Positions 37,701 to 51,300 of a DNA stretch of 58,418 nt are shown piece after piece. The number at the start of each line of letters is the position of its first letter. The stretch's first letter is position 1. The translations under genes and the position numbers were made by a program. Origin of the DNA: Intoshia linei (taxonomy: Eukaryota > Animalia > Orthonectida); contig LWCA01000080.1 of the NCBI GenBank assembly GCA_001642005.1, positions 1 through 58,418 on the forward strand. Direction: 5' to 3'. The notes under the pieces are model-generated. The model searched no databases, was not told where the DNA came from, and saw nothing but the letters and a program-made list of their open reading frames with translations.

Positions 37701-40700
37701 TATTTTAAGATGTATTTTTCTTGAAAGCGTTTAGTTAGTTATTATTTAATGCTACGTAATGTGTAATCGTATAATTATTTAATATATACATTAACGATAT
37801 AACGTATATTGTATTTAGAAATCCAGATTTGACAATTAATATATTAAATTTCAAACAATTTGAAAATATCTTGGTTTCGTCTTACATGGGCTTCAAATTA
37901 TGTAAATACATCGAGTATATGTAACGAGTGTGGATATTTCACAACTTGCATAATTGGTAAAATTTTATCTCAATAATAATTAATTTTAATTTAATATTCT
38001 AATTCATTTCCTTAATTATTAAACAATGTTTTCAATGTTTCCATTTTAGAAAATTTAAAATGATGGAAATTTAATTTAATTTAATTTAAAAATTTAAAAA
38101 TAATCATGAGTCATTATTAATGACCAATTTACAACTGTTATTTTCAATTTTTAAGCAATAAACGTTCAATTAAGCAGTGTATAGACGTCCCAATTTTAAA
38201 AAAAAGTTGATAGGGCCCTACAATTTCCATCTGAAAATGACGAAATTCTTGATAGATTGATGAATTAATTATGAAATAAATCATTTCGGTTCCTTTCAAT
38301 TTTTGATGGATTCAATTTTGATAATCAAGGGTTTTTGATGTTACAATTTTTTTAACAATCTATTTTTTCCAACTTTTACCCTAATAAATTGATTGATACT
38401 CTGATGTGTGGCCTTGTTAGACCTTACAACAAAACATGGGTACCTTTTTTACGGTAAAGCTACATTTTAACGGTATTAATATTAGTAAGTTTTAACATAC
38501 AAGTTGTATATACAAGTTTTACATAATTTTAATTAAATGAAATAATATAATTAAAAAATGAATGCTATAGTGCTTTTTTGACCATTAAGGCATCATTTAA
38601 TCAGATTGAATTTTTTTGTTTGTTAACTGGACATAACTGTGTCTTTTATCTAAAAAAATCTAAAAAAATTTTAAAATTATAGGGCGTTTTCATTTTAAAA
38701 AAAAGGGTCATTTGGGTTTTTGATCGTGAAAATTACTTTTTTGAGGCTACCATTTATGAAAATGTTCATGAATTTAAAAATCATCTCAGCATTTATGTTG
38801 TATAAAATTCTAAGACTTTCTTAATTTTTACAAAAAGGGGTAATTTATGGTTTTAGCCGTGAAGATATAAGATTTTAAAATTGAAAATTGTTATAATATT
38901 GATAAATTTAAAACTTTTTATTAGAATTTATATTTATTTATTTTTATTATTCTAGGATGGGTTTGAATTTAAAAACAAAAGACAATTGGTGTTTTTAACC
39001 TTGAAGGACCCAATTTCTCAAATTTCAATTTGAAAGAAAACATGACTCTGATAAAACTGTTATAAGAATATAGAATTTGTAAAACTCGAATCCTTTATAA
39101 GTTATTTACAGTTAGTAAGGAATCCTTACTAAGGATATTTATTTTTATGTTAATAATAATTATAGCTAATAGGTGCGTGAACTATAATTTAGTAAAATTT
39201 ATGATAATTGAATCTCTTGTGACACTGAGACAATTAACTCTTTTAACGATTATAAAATGTTATTAAGTACCACTTGACCATTAATGAATTAATATTGTAA
39301 TTCTTTTAATACCAATGTAAAGAAAAAAATTCTCTAAACAATATTATGATCTCTAAACAACCTCATTTATAGTAAACATCCAATTTTTTCAATAAATCCA
39401 TGTGTCCATTATGTATATTGTTGAATGAACAATAATGCACGATGTACATTGTAACTACTACCGTATATCACTATAATTGTACTGAGTCTATAAGTTTTAA
39501 ATTTAAATATTGATAAATTGAACTAAATCAAATAATACTAATTACATATTTAAATTCAAGATTAAATCAAAATATTTATTATAGACAAGAGCGTTGTTCG
39601 ACGTTAAAATTATTGATTTATTTAATAGCCTATAATTTATAGCATAAAAGATTGTTAAAATCTATTCCGTTTTTAATTACATGTGTAAATTAAATTGAAA
39701 ATTTATGATTTTAATCTTAATGAAATGTATCGATTTTAATCAATTTAGGCAAGATAATAATAATAATAATAATAGGGTGGTTCAAAAACAAGAAAATTTT
39801 TGAAATTGAGAAAGTTCTTTTGATATTTTAATAAGGGTGGTAAATAATGATGATTGGCAAAAAAATTAATTCGATTCGATTAATTTTCCTTTGTCACCCG
39901 AGCAAGGGAAATCTATAATATAGTATTTTATAATATAAATACTTTATTGGTAACCATGAAAATTAATTGACTAATATTAATTAAAACATTCATCCATTAG
40001 TGAAATTATCCATTAGGCAAAAAAATAATTCGATTCCATAAAATTTCCATCGCCAACCGAACAAGGGAATAATCAATATTATAGAATTTGTATAATATTA
40101 ATATTTCAGCCGTGAAAGTCGAGTGACGATTATTAAAACGATAATCCAATGGGTGACAAAGGCAAAGATTCATTTTATGAAAAAGTAAATTGAAAATAAT
40201 AGTCGTATTGATTCGAAAGACGAAGGTTTTTTAACAGAATATGTGATTTTTTATAATATTTCAAAATTTAGATCAAAATTAAAATAAAATGATTTATAAA
40301 TAATAAAAAAACAACAAATGTTTCATATTCATTTATATAATTGTTAAATTTCATAATACATCTGTTAACACATAATAAATTGTTTAAAAAATTAGAATGA
40401 TTTGATAATGTAATAAATAAGTTCCATTTTATTTGTTAAACTTTAACAATGAATTATAACGTGTAACCAACACTACATTTTTATACTACAAAAATGTATA
40501 TATAAGAAATGTAAATTTGGTGGTGATGAGTGGCGAAACAATAATTAATTTTATGCTGTAAAAATTTGTACAAGTCATTTTTATCCAATTTCCCTAATAT
40601 ACTTGTAATGGAAATGTATGTGTATAAACGATTTAGTTAATTTTATTATAAGTCGTTACAGGTTGATAATATAGAATCAATAAGGAGATAGTAAACTAAA

Positions 40701-42340
40701 GTTTACTACAAAGATAAAATCATATAGTACAATGGAGATATTGAAATGCGTACTTATATTTTACAATAATTGAGTTTATATGGTAGTAAAAATAAAGTTG
40801 AACTTTAGCTTTAATTTACTTTTTTAGGTAAATGTCTCCCAGCCTAAATGACAACAATTTCAGAGTCAAAAATATTTGTGCTGTCTTTTTTAACTCAAAT
40901 AATATCCGTTTTTTTTTTGAATAAAATTTATATTGAGTATTAAAGATTTTATTTTTACTAGCATACTGGCTGTCGCTGACTGTTAGTATTAAATTTATTG
41001 TTAACACAAATATTCTATAAATAAAAAATTATATACGTCGGATTTAAATTATAAATTTACATTTATTACAGAAAAATATCTTAAGGAAATGTTGTCCATG
41101 ATTAATCGAATTAGCGAGCGTGACCTTGAAATCTTCAAATCAAATTCACTCATTTTATAGTTATAAAGTTTAGTATAGGTCTAAAAAATATTTTACTACT
41201 GTGTTTGCTGTACAAACACTAAAAAATAATTTCTGTAAATATAAATGTAATTTCAAATGTATCATACTAAGTTTGATTGGATCCCTGGATTGTACAATGT
41301 ACATTTGTATAAATCTATTATTGTTAATTATGGGTTAACGAAAACGTAATAATGCATAATCATCATTACAGTGGTCATTCTCGAAAAAATCAACGTTCAT
41401 CTAAGACGTTTTGTCAGGTTTCCAATGTCTATTTAAAAATATGCAATATTTATATCGTACAATTATAGTATGCGGAAAAGGCGAATATTTATTGATAGTA
41501 GATGAAGAAATTAGGCAAGGACGATGCATTCGTAATTTTATTTATTATATACAGTTAATACCCATTAATAATCCATTTCACCCGTTAAACTTTAACACCA
41601 ATAATGGTGGACTCGCGACCTTCCGGTCAATTTTTTGTAGTTTTTTGAAAAGAATTGAGTTTGACCTTGTCGAAAATTTGTTGAGATGAGAAAAAGTTTA
41701 ATTTGAAATATAATTAAACAAATTGCAATGTCATTACAAACGAAGTAATAATTATTAAATCATTAATATAAAAAACAAAAGATCATAAAAATCAATGAAA
41801 TATTATGGTTTTCAAAATAAAATAAGACATTCCAAGATCGTCATAAAAAATTTTTATTCGAAAAAGTGAAAAATATTAATGTTTATATTTTATTAGCTTG
41901 ACTGTTATATACTTTGTACAAATAGCATTCTAGCTCTACTAAGGGCGGACTTTTTTAATTATACTAAAAAAATAAATTCCATAATATAATCTTACTTAAA
42001 AATGCAACACTCACTTTTATCAAATCTTTAAATAAGTGGTTCTTAAACTTTTTTTCACCATGTATCAATCATTTCACATTACCTTTTAATTACTGTTAAT
42101 TTACTGTGAATTATTCCCACTTAATTTTATTTCATTAACATTTGTGCAAAAAATTTTAATAACAATTTGTGATCCTATTAGAGAGAATGAGTTTATAATC
42201 ATAAAAATAAAGTATAAACAGTAAAATCCTAATCCTAAAAATTAGTCTAAAAAATTGTGTACTTTTTGTTTTGTACTGTGTAATAATTACACTGTAATTG
42301 TTATAATCATGACATAGTATGTATATTATGTATATTTTAG

Positions 42341-45300
42341 CATGTAATACTAATTGTGTTGAATGCTCTGGATCTCCAAACTCTTGTTCTAAATGTTTAC
42401 TTCATAATTACATAACTACTTCAAAAAGATGTGAAGGTTATTCTGAATGATATTGAAATTAAAAATGATATAATAATCCAGGGGTGCCCGCACTTTTTTC
42501 AAGGCGGACCGGTAATAGATTACAATATTTATCGTGAACCATAAAAGCGAAATTACTAGGCAACATTAAAAATAATTTGATAAAAACGTAACAAATTAAT
42601 TTCTCATTAGTAAAAAATTTTTCACAATTATTATGCGGACCGGCATTTGGGAAACGCTGCAATATTCTAAAATTTAATTTTACATGGATCTATGATAATA
42701 TTTACGATTTTAAAATCCATATCAGAGTATATATTTGTTTAAATTCTCCAACACGTTTGATTTTCAAAAAAAGACAATTGGGCTTTTTGACCCTTAAGAT
42801 GTGCATTTGGGAGGTTCAAATTTATTTTGCTAACACCTCCGAAAAAAACTGTAATTGAAATGTGGACTCTATAAAATTCTAAGACTGGTAGTTATTGAAA
42901 TAAACGGTAACACACATACAAACAAATATTGCATAACATATTATATAAGTATTATATATATACNTAAACCAATTAATTGAAAAATAATTTTTAAACAAAC
43001 AATTAATTGATTATTTTTCAATAATTTTTACCAATTAATTGTAATTAAATTGGTTACAATCAATTAATTTCAATCCCTGGACATGCCCCTACTTTTATCC
43101 TTACGAAATTCCTACGCCCAACCATAATTTATAATAAATATTTCCATGTGATATCCAACACAAATTTTTTATGTTTATATATTACTGCGCAACAAATTGG
43201 GGTAAAAAGTTAAATTAAAATTGACCCTGAAGATATAATTTTATAAATTTAACTTTGTGATAATATTTATGATTTTAAAATCCGTATCAGAGTATATATT
43301 TTTTAAAATTTTCGAACACGTTTGATTTTAACAAAAAAGAACAATTGAGGTTTTTGACCCGTAAGATGTGAGTTTGGGAGGTTTAAATTTATTTTGCTAA
43401 CACCCGGAAAAAACTGTAATGGAAAAGTGGACTTCATAAAATTTTAAGACTGATAGTTATTGAAATAAACGGTAACACACATACAAACAAATATTGCATA
43501 ACATATTATATAAGTAAGGATAAGAATAGAGTATGCTAAATTGGCATTGAAAATGAAAAAAATAAAAATTTTTCATTAAAAATAAATCTTAATGACCATA
43601 AAAAATGAAATGAAGTGGTACAATTTTGTCATGATTCGAATTTGCAACCAAATTTTGTTTTTTCAAATATTCTTATTTTTTTTAAAATTATCAAAAAATG
43701 ATGGAAAGTTTAATTTATCACATGTTCGGATTAAAGGTTTTGTAAGAATTTTTATTGACATATTTTATATTTAGGACAAATTAATATTATTATTATTTAT
43801 TTTTAGTTTGATTTTGGTGTTAGGTCCTCCATATATTTCAGTATGTAATGATATGATTTATATCGATAAAAAGGAATTTGAATTTAATGTCTTTATTCGG
43901 TAAATAATAATATGGTGTTACACAGAACCGAACCTACAAAGCTAGATGCCAGTCTAGAAAATGAAAAATAGACCGAAATTTTTTTGCAAACGATGGCCCA
44001 ATGCTCTTTGCTCGACATTTTAAATTTAATACAAAAAATAGTTAATATTCAAGAATATATTTTTTAACACTAAATTTGGAAAACGAGGACCTATGTTGCC
44101 AAAATTTTGATCGACCCCTGAAGAGGATCTGTAGGTTCGGAACTGCTGTTATATTTGTATAATATTAACTTAGCTAATAACTACTAGCCTAGTAGACATG
44201 TATATTAATGACTTATTTAGTGATCTGGCAATAAAATCTCCCGTGACTATAAAATGTGAACACTTGCTGAACAGATGTAATCTTTTAAAATAACAGTATA
44301 AAATTTTATATTTAGACTCTACTTTGATATTCAAAGAAAGCGTTATAAAAGTTGGCGAAAAATCTGTAAAGGTAAAGAAAATAATATTCAAATTAATTTT
44401 TACTTAAACTAGTGGGGATCAGGGATTGAATCTAATTAATTGCATTATTTACGTTATCCAATTGTTTCATTCCTTTTAAAATTAATATCATGATAATGAT
44501 TAATAATAAAATGTGTGCCTTAAAAATTATCATTGATTTTGTGTTTTATACATACTTGGTACGAAATATTTCGCGAACCACTAAAAAATTATACGGACCA
44601 TCGAGATTCCGCGAACCCTAGTTGAAAAAACACAATTATATAACATACTATTAATTTTGTTTTATAATTATAATATACATATTAATAAAATTCACTAAAT
44701 TGATAATAATAATAATAAAAAAATGTATTGTTTTAACATTACATTATTATTGTTAAATTAAAGTTTTGGTTTTTTACTTTGGCTACTGGTAGAGAGTCAC
44801 CAATTAACTGAATAATGTTATGAGTGGGTGTACAGGCGAGACTCTAGAATTCAGAATGCTATCTTTGTAACTAAGCACTAGTGTTTCAATATCGATAAAT
44901 TATTACCAGTAATTATTTTTTTTAAGATTTACTGGTAATTATTTTTAGTTACCGTTAATTTAAAAATTTTTTAATAATTATAATAAAACGTTTATTGTGT
45001 ACTAACGTTTTTGAGATATTGATGTAGAGCAGCGGTTCTCAACATACTTCGCAGTTGGTATCCCTAAACTAAAAAAAATATAATTTGGTACCCCATAATA
45101 ATTTCTATTTATTGTAACCATGTGAAATAATTAAATAGTTAGTTAAACTCTACATCAAAAATAGATACATTGTTTTTTTAGATGACTGGAACTGTATTTA
45201 CATTATACAAGAAAAAATTTAATGAATTTGAAGTATTCTGTGTAGCCAATTCTGATTCAAAACAATACCAACCTCACTTTTCAAAATGTAATTAATTTAT

Positions 45301-48300
45301 ATATATTTTAATTTTATTATATTTAGCAAAAATCTTCAAAATTATATATAAATTACCTGAAATATACGTTAAATTGAATGTAGACAAAGTTTTAACTGGA
45401 AATAGTTTGATGGTAATAAAAATTAACCATATAAATTCCTGTAAGTCATTAAGACTGTTTGATGCATTTATGCGTCAAAATTATAATTGAAATACATTGT
45501 ATTTTAAAATTTCGTAATTTCTAAATGAATATATGGTAGTGTACATCAGTAGATTATTAATACATTTGTGTGACCATCTAGCTAAGGTATTTGACCATAA
45601 CTTATCTAAGAATATTTTTCCAAATATCGTTTTACCAAAAATCAAAGCTAAACCTACTATACTGGAAACTAGTGTTAATAATCGATAGAAATCTAGACTA
45701 ACATAAATGTACAATTAGTACAATTTAGTCACTTATTCAGATTGAATTTTTTTTTATGTGTTAACAGGATATAAACGTACCACCTGTAAATTTTATTAAA
45801 TTCTAGGGTTGTTTTCATTAAAAAAAAGGGTAATTTGTGGTTTTGGCCCTGAACATATATTTTTTTTAAATTTAAATTTATGATATCATTTATGATTTTA
45901 AAATCCGTATCAGTGTATATATTTTTTTAAATTCTCCAACTCGTTTGATTTTCAAAAAAAGGACAATTCGGCTTTGTGACCCGTAAGGTGTGAGTTTAGA
46001 AGGTTGAAATTTATTTTGCTAACACATCCGGAAAAAACTGTAATTGAAATGTGGACTTTATAAAATTCTAAGACTGATAGTTATTAAAATAAACGATAAC
46101 ACACAGACAAATAAAACATTATATAAGTAAGGATATATAATTCGATTTTTCTCATAAGCGTTGCTAAAAGTGGATTTGTTTTAAAATTAAATGATTTAAA
46201 AATTTTTATTGATTTTCAGCAGTTCCCGAGACCCTAGTTTGATGGGTCTCGTTTTTCCAAATTGAGCATTTAAAAATCACATTTTTCATAAATATAAATA
46301 TCATAGCTATTTTGTTTCTCAAATTTAAACTCTTTAAGTCAGACCCGTGAATAGGCGATAAATTTCATGTATACCCAGCAAAAAATTTAAAACGAGCTAT
46401 AAATTATTTCATGGAGGCTTAGTTAACATCAATGTAAATCAAATTAAGTTATTTTTTGTACAGAAACAAAAATTTTTCTTAAATTTGCAGCTTTTTTCTA
46501 GAAAAATCTTATACCCAATAAAGATTGTCAGTTATGAGTCATTACTAAGGACCCAACAAATATACAAATTTTTAACTCGATCTGCCCATAATCTGCTCGT
46601 CAAAATTAAAAAATGCTTTGTCACATTTTTATTTTCATAATTTTAGTATTGATGAAAAATACCGTGAATTGCATCTTCTCTTTTTAATACATTAATTATT
46701 TTAAATTTTACTCATTCATTAATTTTAGGTATATTCATATTTGAGCAATCCAGTTGAATCAGACCAACAAATAATTTGTTGTGTATCATCTACTGTTAAT
46801 GATAAACCCATTATTTCTAAAATTAACAAATGTATTCCCAAAGATACAATTACCAGTATAGACAAAGGTATGTTTAATTATAATTAATAATAATTTAATT
46901 GAATATACAGTTAAACCTCCACTATCAAAAACATTGGTTATATAATTTTCATATAGAAAGTCCCTTATTCGGAAACAATTTTTCAAAATAAATCTATAAA
47001 TTTTTTTGAAGTCTTTGTCCCAAAATATAACCCTTTGAATAAAATAAAATTTTTCAAAAAAATATTAAAAATAGAATTAGCGAAGAATAGTATTATAATA
47101 TGAAATGTTAATTTGCTAAAAAATTAATTATAAGAATCAATAAGAAATTTCAATAAAAATTTCACTGTATACATTATTAATATTCAACCTCTCAAAACGT
47201 TATAAATTATGACAGAAAGGTTACAAAATATGTTTAGATTTTATATTAATATATTACTAATAGTAATTTTTATTCATCTTACGTAAAAGGTATAATTATT
47301 TATTACTTAATTTTTGTGATCCAGTTTGACCATGAACTGTAAATAATTTGTATTACAGATAGGTACCATCATTACATGATTAACGTCAATCAAGTTAAGT
47401 TATATATATATATTTAAATAAATATATTACAATAAAAATGTGTATATTGCTTGTTTGGAATTTTAATAAAATGTCTTGAGGGTTTGAATGAAGTTATACA
47501 ATTATATAGGTCCTAACCTTGAAAACAATTTATATTTTCCTCGAAATTTTGATTTAATAATAAAGGTAAAACAAATTAAATCAGATAGAATTATGATATC
47601 TTTATAGAGAAACAAAATTTATAATTACCAACATGTATCGAGGTCTTCAAGTAATACATCAATTTACGAAAAATTGTACATTAGCTGTAAAATTAAAAGT
47701 AGCCAATTTATAAAAAATTTTAATTTTACCTTGGACGTATTTTCAGGAAGATACACACCAATTAATTGGTCGAATGCAACTGGTATTAATAAGATTTTAA
47801 AATATTTATTATCATTTATTTATATTAATTAGATCCTGTTAATAAATTGAAACCCGTTATAAAACTTTATTTTGATCAAACTAAAAATATTAAAAGCTGT
47901 AAATGTGATTTATTGAAAAACGTGTGTGAATTGAAATGTTGTTGTGATAAAGATTGTGAATTATACAATAATGGAACAGATTGCATCAATTTTGAAATTT
48001 TAGAAAATAATATTGACTTTGCAGTATACAATCCCTTGCCAAATATTTTTAATTTTTTGTATGATAATAATCCTTTGATTTCTCATTTTTACAATAAATT
48101 CAATGTTGTTAGAAGCGAACAAAACTATTTTGATGTTTTGAATAATCTTGTTAAGGTTCCTTCGTTTAGGTTAGTTTTAATTATTTTTATAATTACAATA
48201 TAACTACTGTGTAGTTTGTCAGTTATGTATTTGTACTAGGGTTTCAAACGATAAAAATGTATATATGTTTTATTTTACGATAAAAATATTTTTATCTGTA

Positions 48301-51300
48301 AATTTTAAAAAAAATTTACAATACAAATTAGAATTTAAAATTAGGTAAATCCTAACAAACATAAAGTAATTTAGTTAAAAATGTAAGTCTGTTTAATTAT
48401 TTGTTTGTTCCAGTTTATTTAAGAAAATAAGAGGGGTCGAGTTTTAAAAATGGCATATTTTTATTACAGTTTTTTGATGGTGATGTTTTATCGCAAATTT
48501 TATGGTCAGAAATTGAGTCCTTTAAGGTCAAAAAACCATATTATTTTTTTTTTAAGTAAAAACGAGTCCTAGAATTATAAAAATTACACAATCTGATAAA
48601 GATTTAAAAATTATGCATATACATTATGATAAATCACAAATTTAAAAAAGTAAATAGTCATAGAATTTAAGAAAAAATTACAGTTGATCAAGGCAAATAA
48701 TGAGAAAAGATAATGTAAAAAGGATGTACCCTCACTGATAATTAATAAACTTACCATTCTGAGTCAGAGAGGGTATTTTCTGCCGTCGGCAATATAAGTA
48801 CTAAAGCTCGATCGAGAATATCCGTATATGATGATAATGAATTGATATTCTTCAAATACTATTTCAAAAAATAAAATAAATATGTTTAAATAAATTATAA
48901 AGATAAACTATTAATAGATTTAATATTTCAAAAAAAATTACCGGTCAAAATTAAATTACCAACCTTAATTTGCAAAAACTGTAGTTAGAACTTCTAGTGA
49001 CGTTTTCATATATTTAATATTTATATTTTTACATATTATAAGTAGAGATTGGTAATAATTGATTGCAATCAATTATTTTGTATAAACCAATTAACTGTTT
49101 GCTAAATATTAATTTTTCAATTAATTGGTTTTTTTCATATAACTGAAAAAATATAAATTGAATATTTTTATTGACGAATGGTTGAATGAAAAAATTAATT
49201 AATGAACAGAAAAATGATGTATTTAACCTTCTAGCTTGACTTTTATGTACTTCGAACAAACAGCATCCTAGTATTCAATATAACCATATGACAGTTTTTT
49301 AAAAATGATTATGATATTGTTATCAATCTTCAATTAATTGAAATTTTTTATCTTTCATAAAGTAATTAGTTGGAAAATATTTTTTCATTTTTCCATTAAT
49401 TACAAAAAATTGAATTATTTGAAAAATAATTTTTGAACAAAGAATTAATTGATTATTTTTCAATAATTTTTACCAATTAATTGCAATGAAATTGGTTGCA
49501 ATCAATTAATTCCAATCCCTGATTATAAGTACAGTCAGTCACCAATTAATTAAGAATGTTAAGCCGTCATATTGACACTAACTCCTTTTCACGACCCTGC
49601 AAGTACAAATCTGTATCTTGACAAAAATTTTATTGATATAAATTTTATGCCGTTAAATTCGTTGTTAAAAATCTTATTATGAATGCTTTAATTCAGGATG
49701 GGGAACGTGTGTCCTTCATTTAAAAAATATTTATATTTTTGTAAAATTTCAAAATAATACAGCCACATTTTTTTGAATTTAATATTCTCATGGTGCGGTC
49801 TTATGAATTTCAAATTTTAGGAATGTGGCCTTGAAATATGAAATGAGTTTCTCTATGCAAATAAAATGTTTTAACTGTTTAAATTTTAATTCGATGAAAG
49901 CTTGAAATCTTGAATATGTTATAAAAAATACGCAAACTACATAAATTTATTATACATTTATTATTTTATGTTATTTAATTTATGAAAATAAATTTAGACT
50001 AAAAAAGAGTAAATTCGATGAAAACATTTTATCTATTGGCTATAAAGACAAAGATTTTTTGCTAAATACATTAAGTTCGTCATCTTCAATTTTTCAGGGA
50101 ATTTTGAAATTGTTTCCCATTTTATCTAAATTTGGTACAAACACAAACGAGTGTGTAAGTGACAGAATAAATCATGATTATAATAGAAAAATTTACTTTT
50201 TGAGGGATGAAAGCTACAAATGTCATTTTACTCAAAATGATTGCAAACCTTTTACATTTTTGGATGTTGGAACATATTATGATATTGATATTAGAGATAA
50301 ATTAAAATTCAGCAAACAATGCCCGATTTCACCAAGAATATTGAGTAAAAATGATGACTGGTACAGTTCCATTACCACTGTTATTTATTACGTACAAAGG
50401 GATTACGATTCAATTCCAGGTAAAACGATTATATTATTTTTCTATCCCTTTCGGTTTGATTGCCGCTGGTATCGTTATTTTCTATTCTATACGGATTAAT
50501 GTGGAAATGACGGAATCGATTTCAATCATACTGAAAAAGATGGAAAAACCACATAATATATATATATATATAATTTAACTTTAATTATGTTTAGTAAAAT
50601 GTAATTCCTTGGAAGATTGCTTTTCAAATCGGTTGCTAGAAAATTACCCTTTATTCGATAATAAAACAAGTGTTTGTTTAAATGCTTTAACAAAAGTAGA
50701 TATGGAAATTATTTGGTCAAATTCTTTTGTTGATGAAATTATTTTCACGTATTATATTACCCGAAATACTTACTTTTCAAAAACGTATAATCATGTTTAT
50801 TCTTATCAGTATATACCATTTCCAACTGATTCTTATTATAATTACAATTTTACTTATTTGAATAATAAAACTGTTGAAACTACCCAAAAATTTAATAATT
50901 ATTTGTCCTTCAATATCAAATTTATTAATACAAATTCAAATACGAAAAATCTATCAAAATTATCTGGAAATCCGTGTAAGTTTATAATTTAATTATAATA
51001 TACATTGTATATCAGTGCTACTCAATCTGTTTTCCCTGACAAAATTAATAGATTACTAACATACAGGAATTGGAAATAATTGATTGCAATATAATATAAA
51101 TATAAATCAATTAATTGTTTGCTAATTATTAATTGATTTTTTTGCAATTAATTGAAAAATGAAAAGATAATTTTCAATTAATTGGTTTTTTCATATAACT
51201 GAAAAAATATAAATTGAATCCTTTTATTGACGAATGGTTGGATGAAAAAGTTAATTAAGGAACAGAAAAATGATGTATTTAACCTACTAGCTTGACTTTT

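Noticed and set aside
40140-41170. Exon-like pieces possibly forming the tectonic 5' end
   Set aside because: They contain stops and have no phase-consistent link to 42341.
42690-43520. Tandem near-identical duplication as a biological event
   Set aside because: It straddles an N at 42964, so it may be an assembly join artefact.
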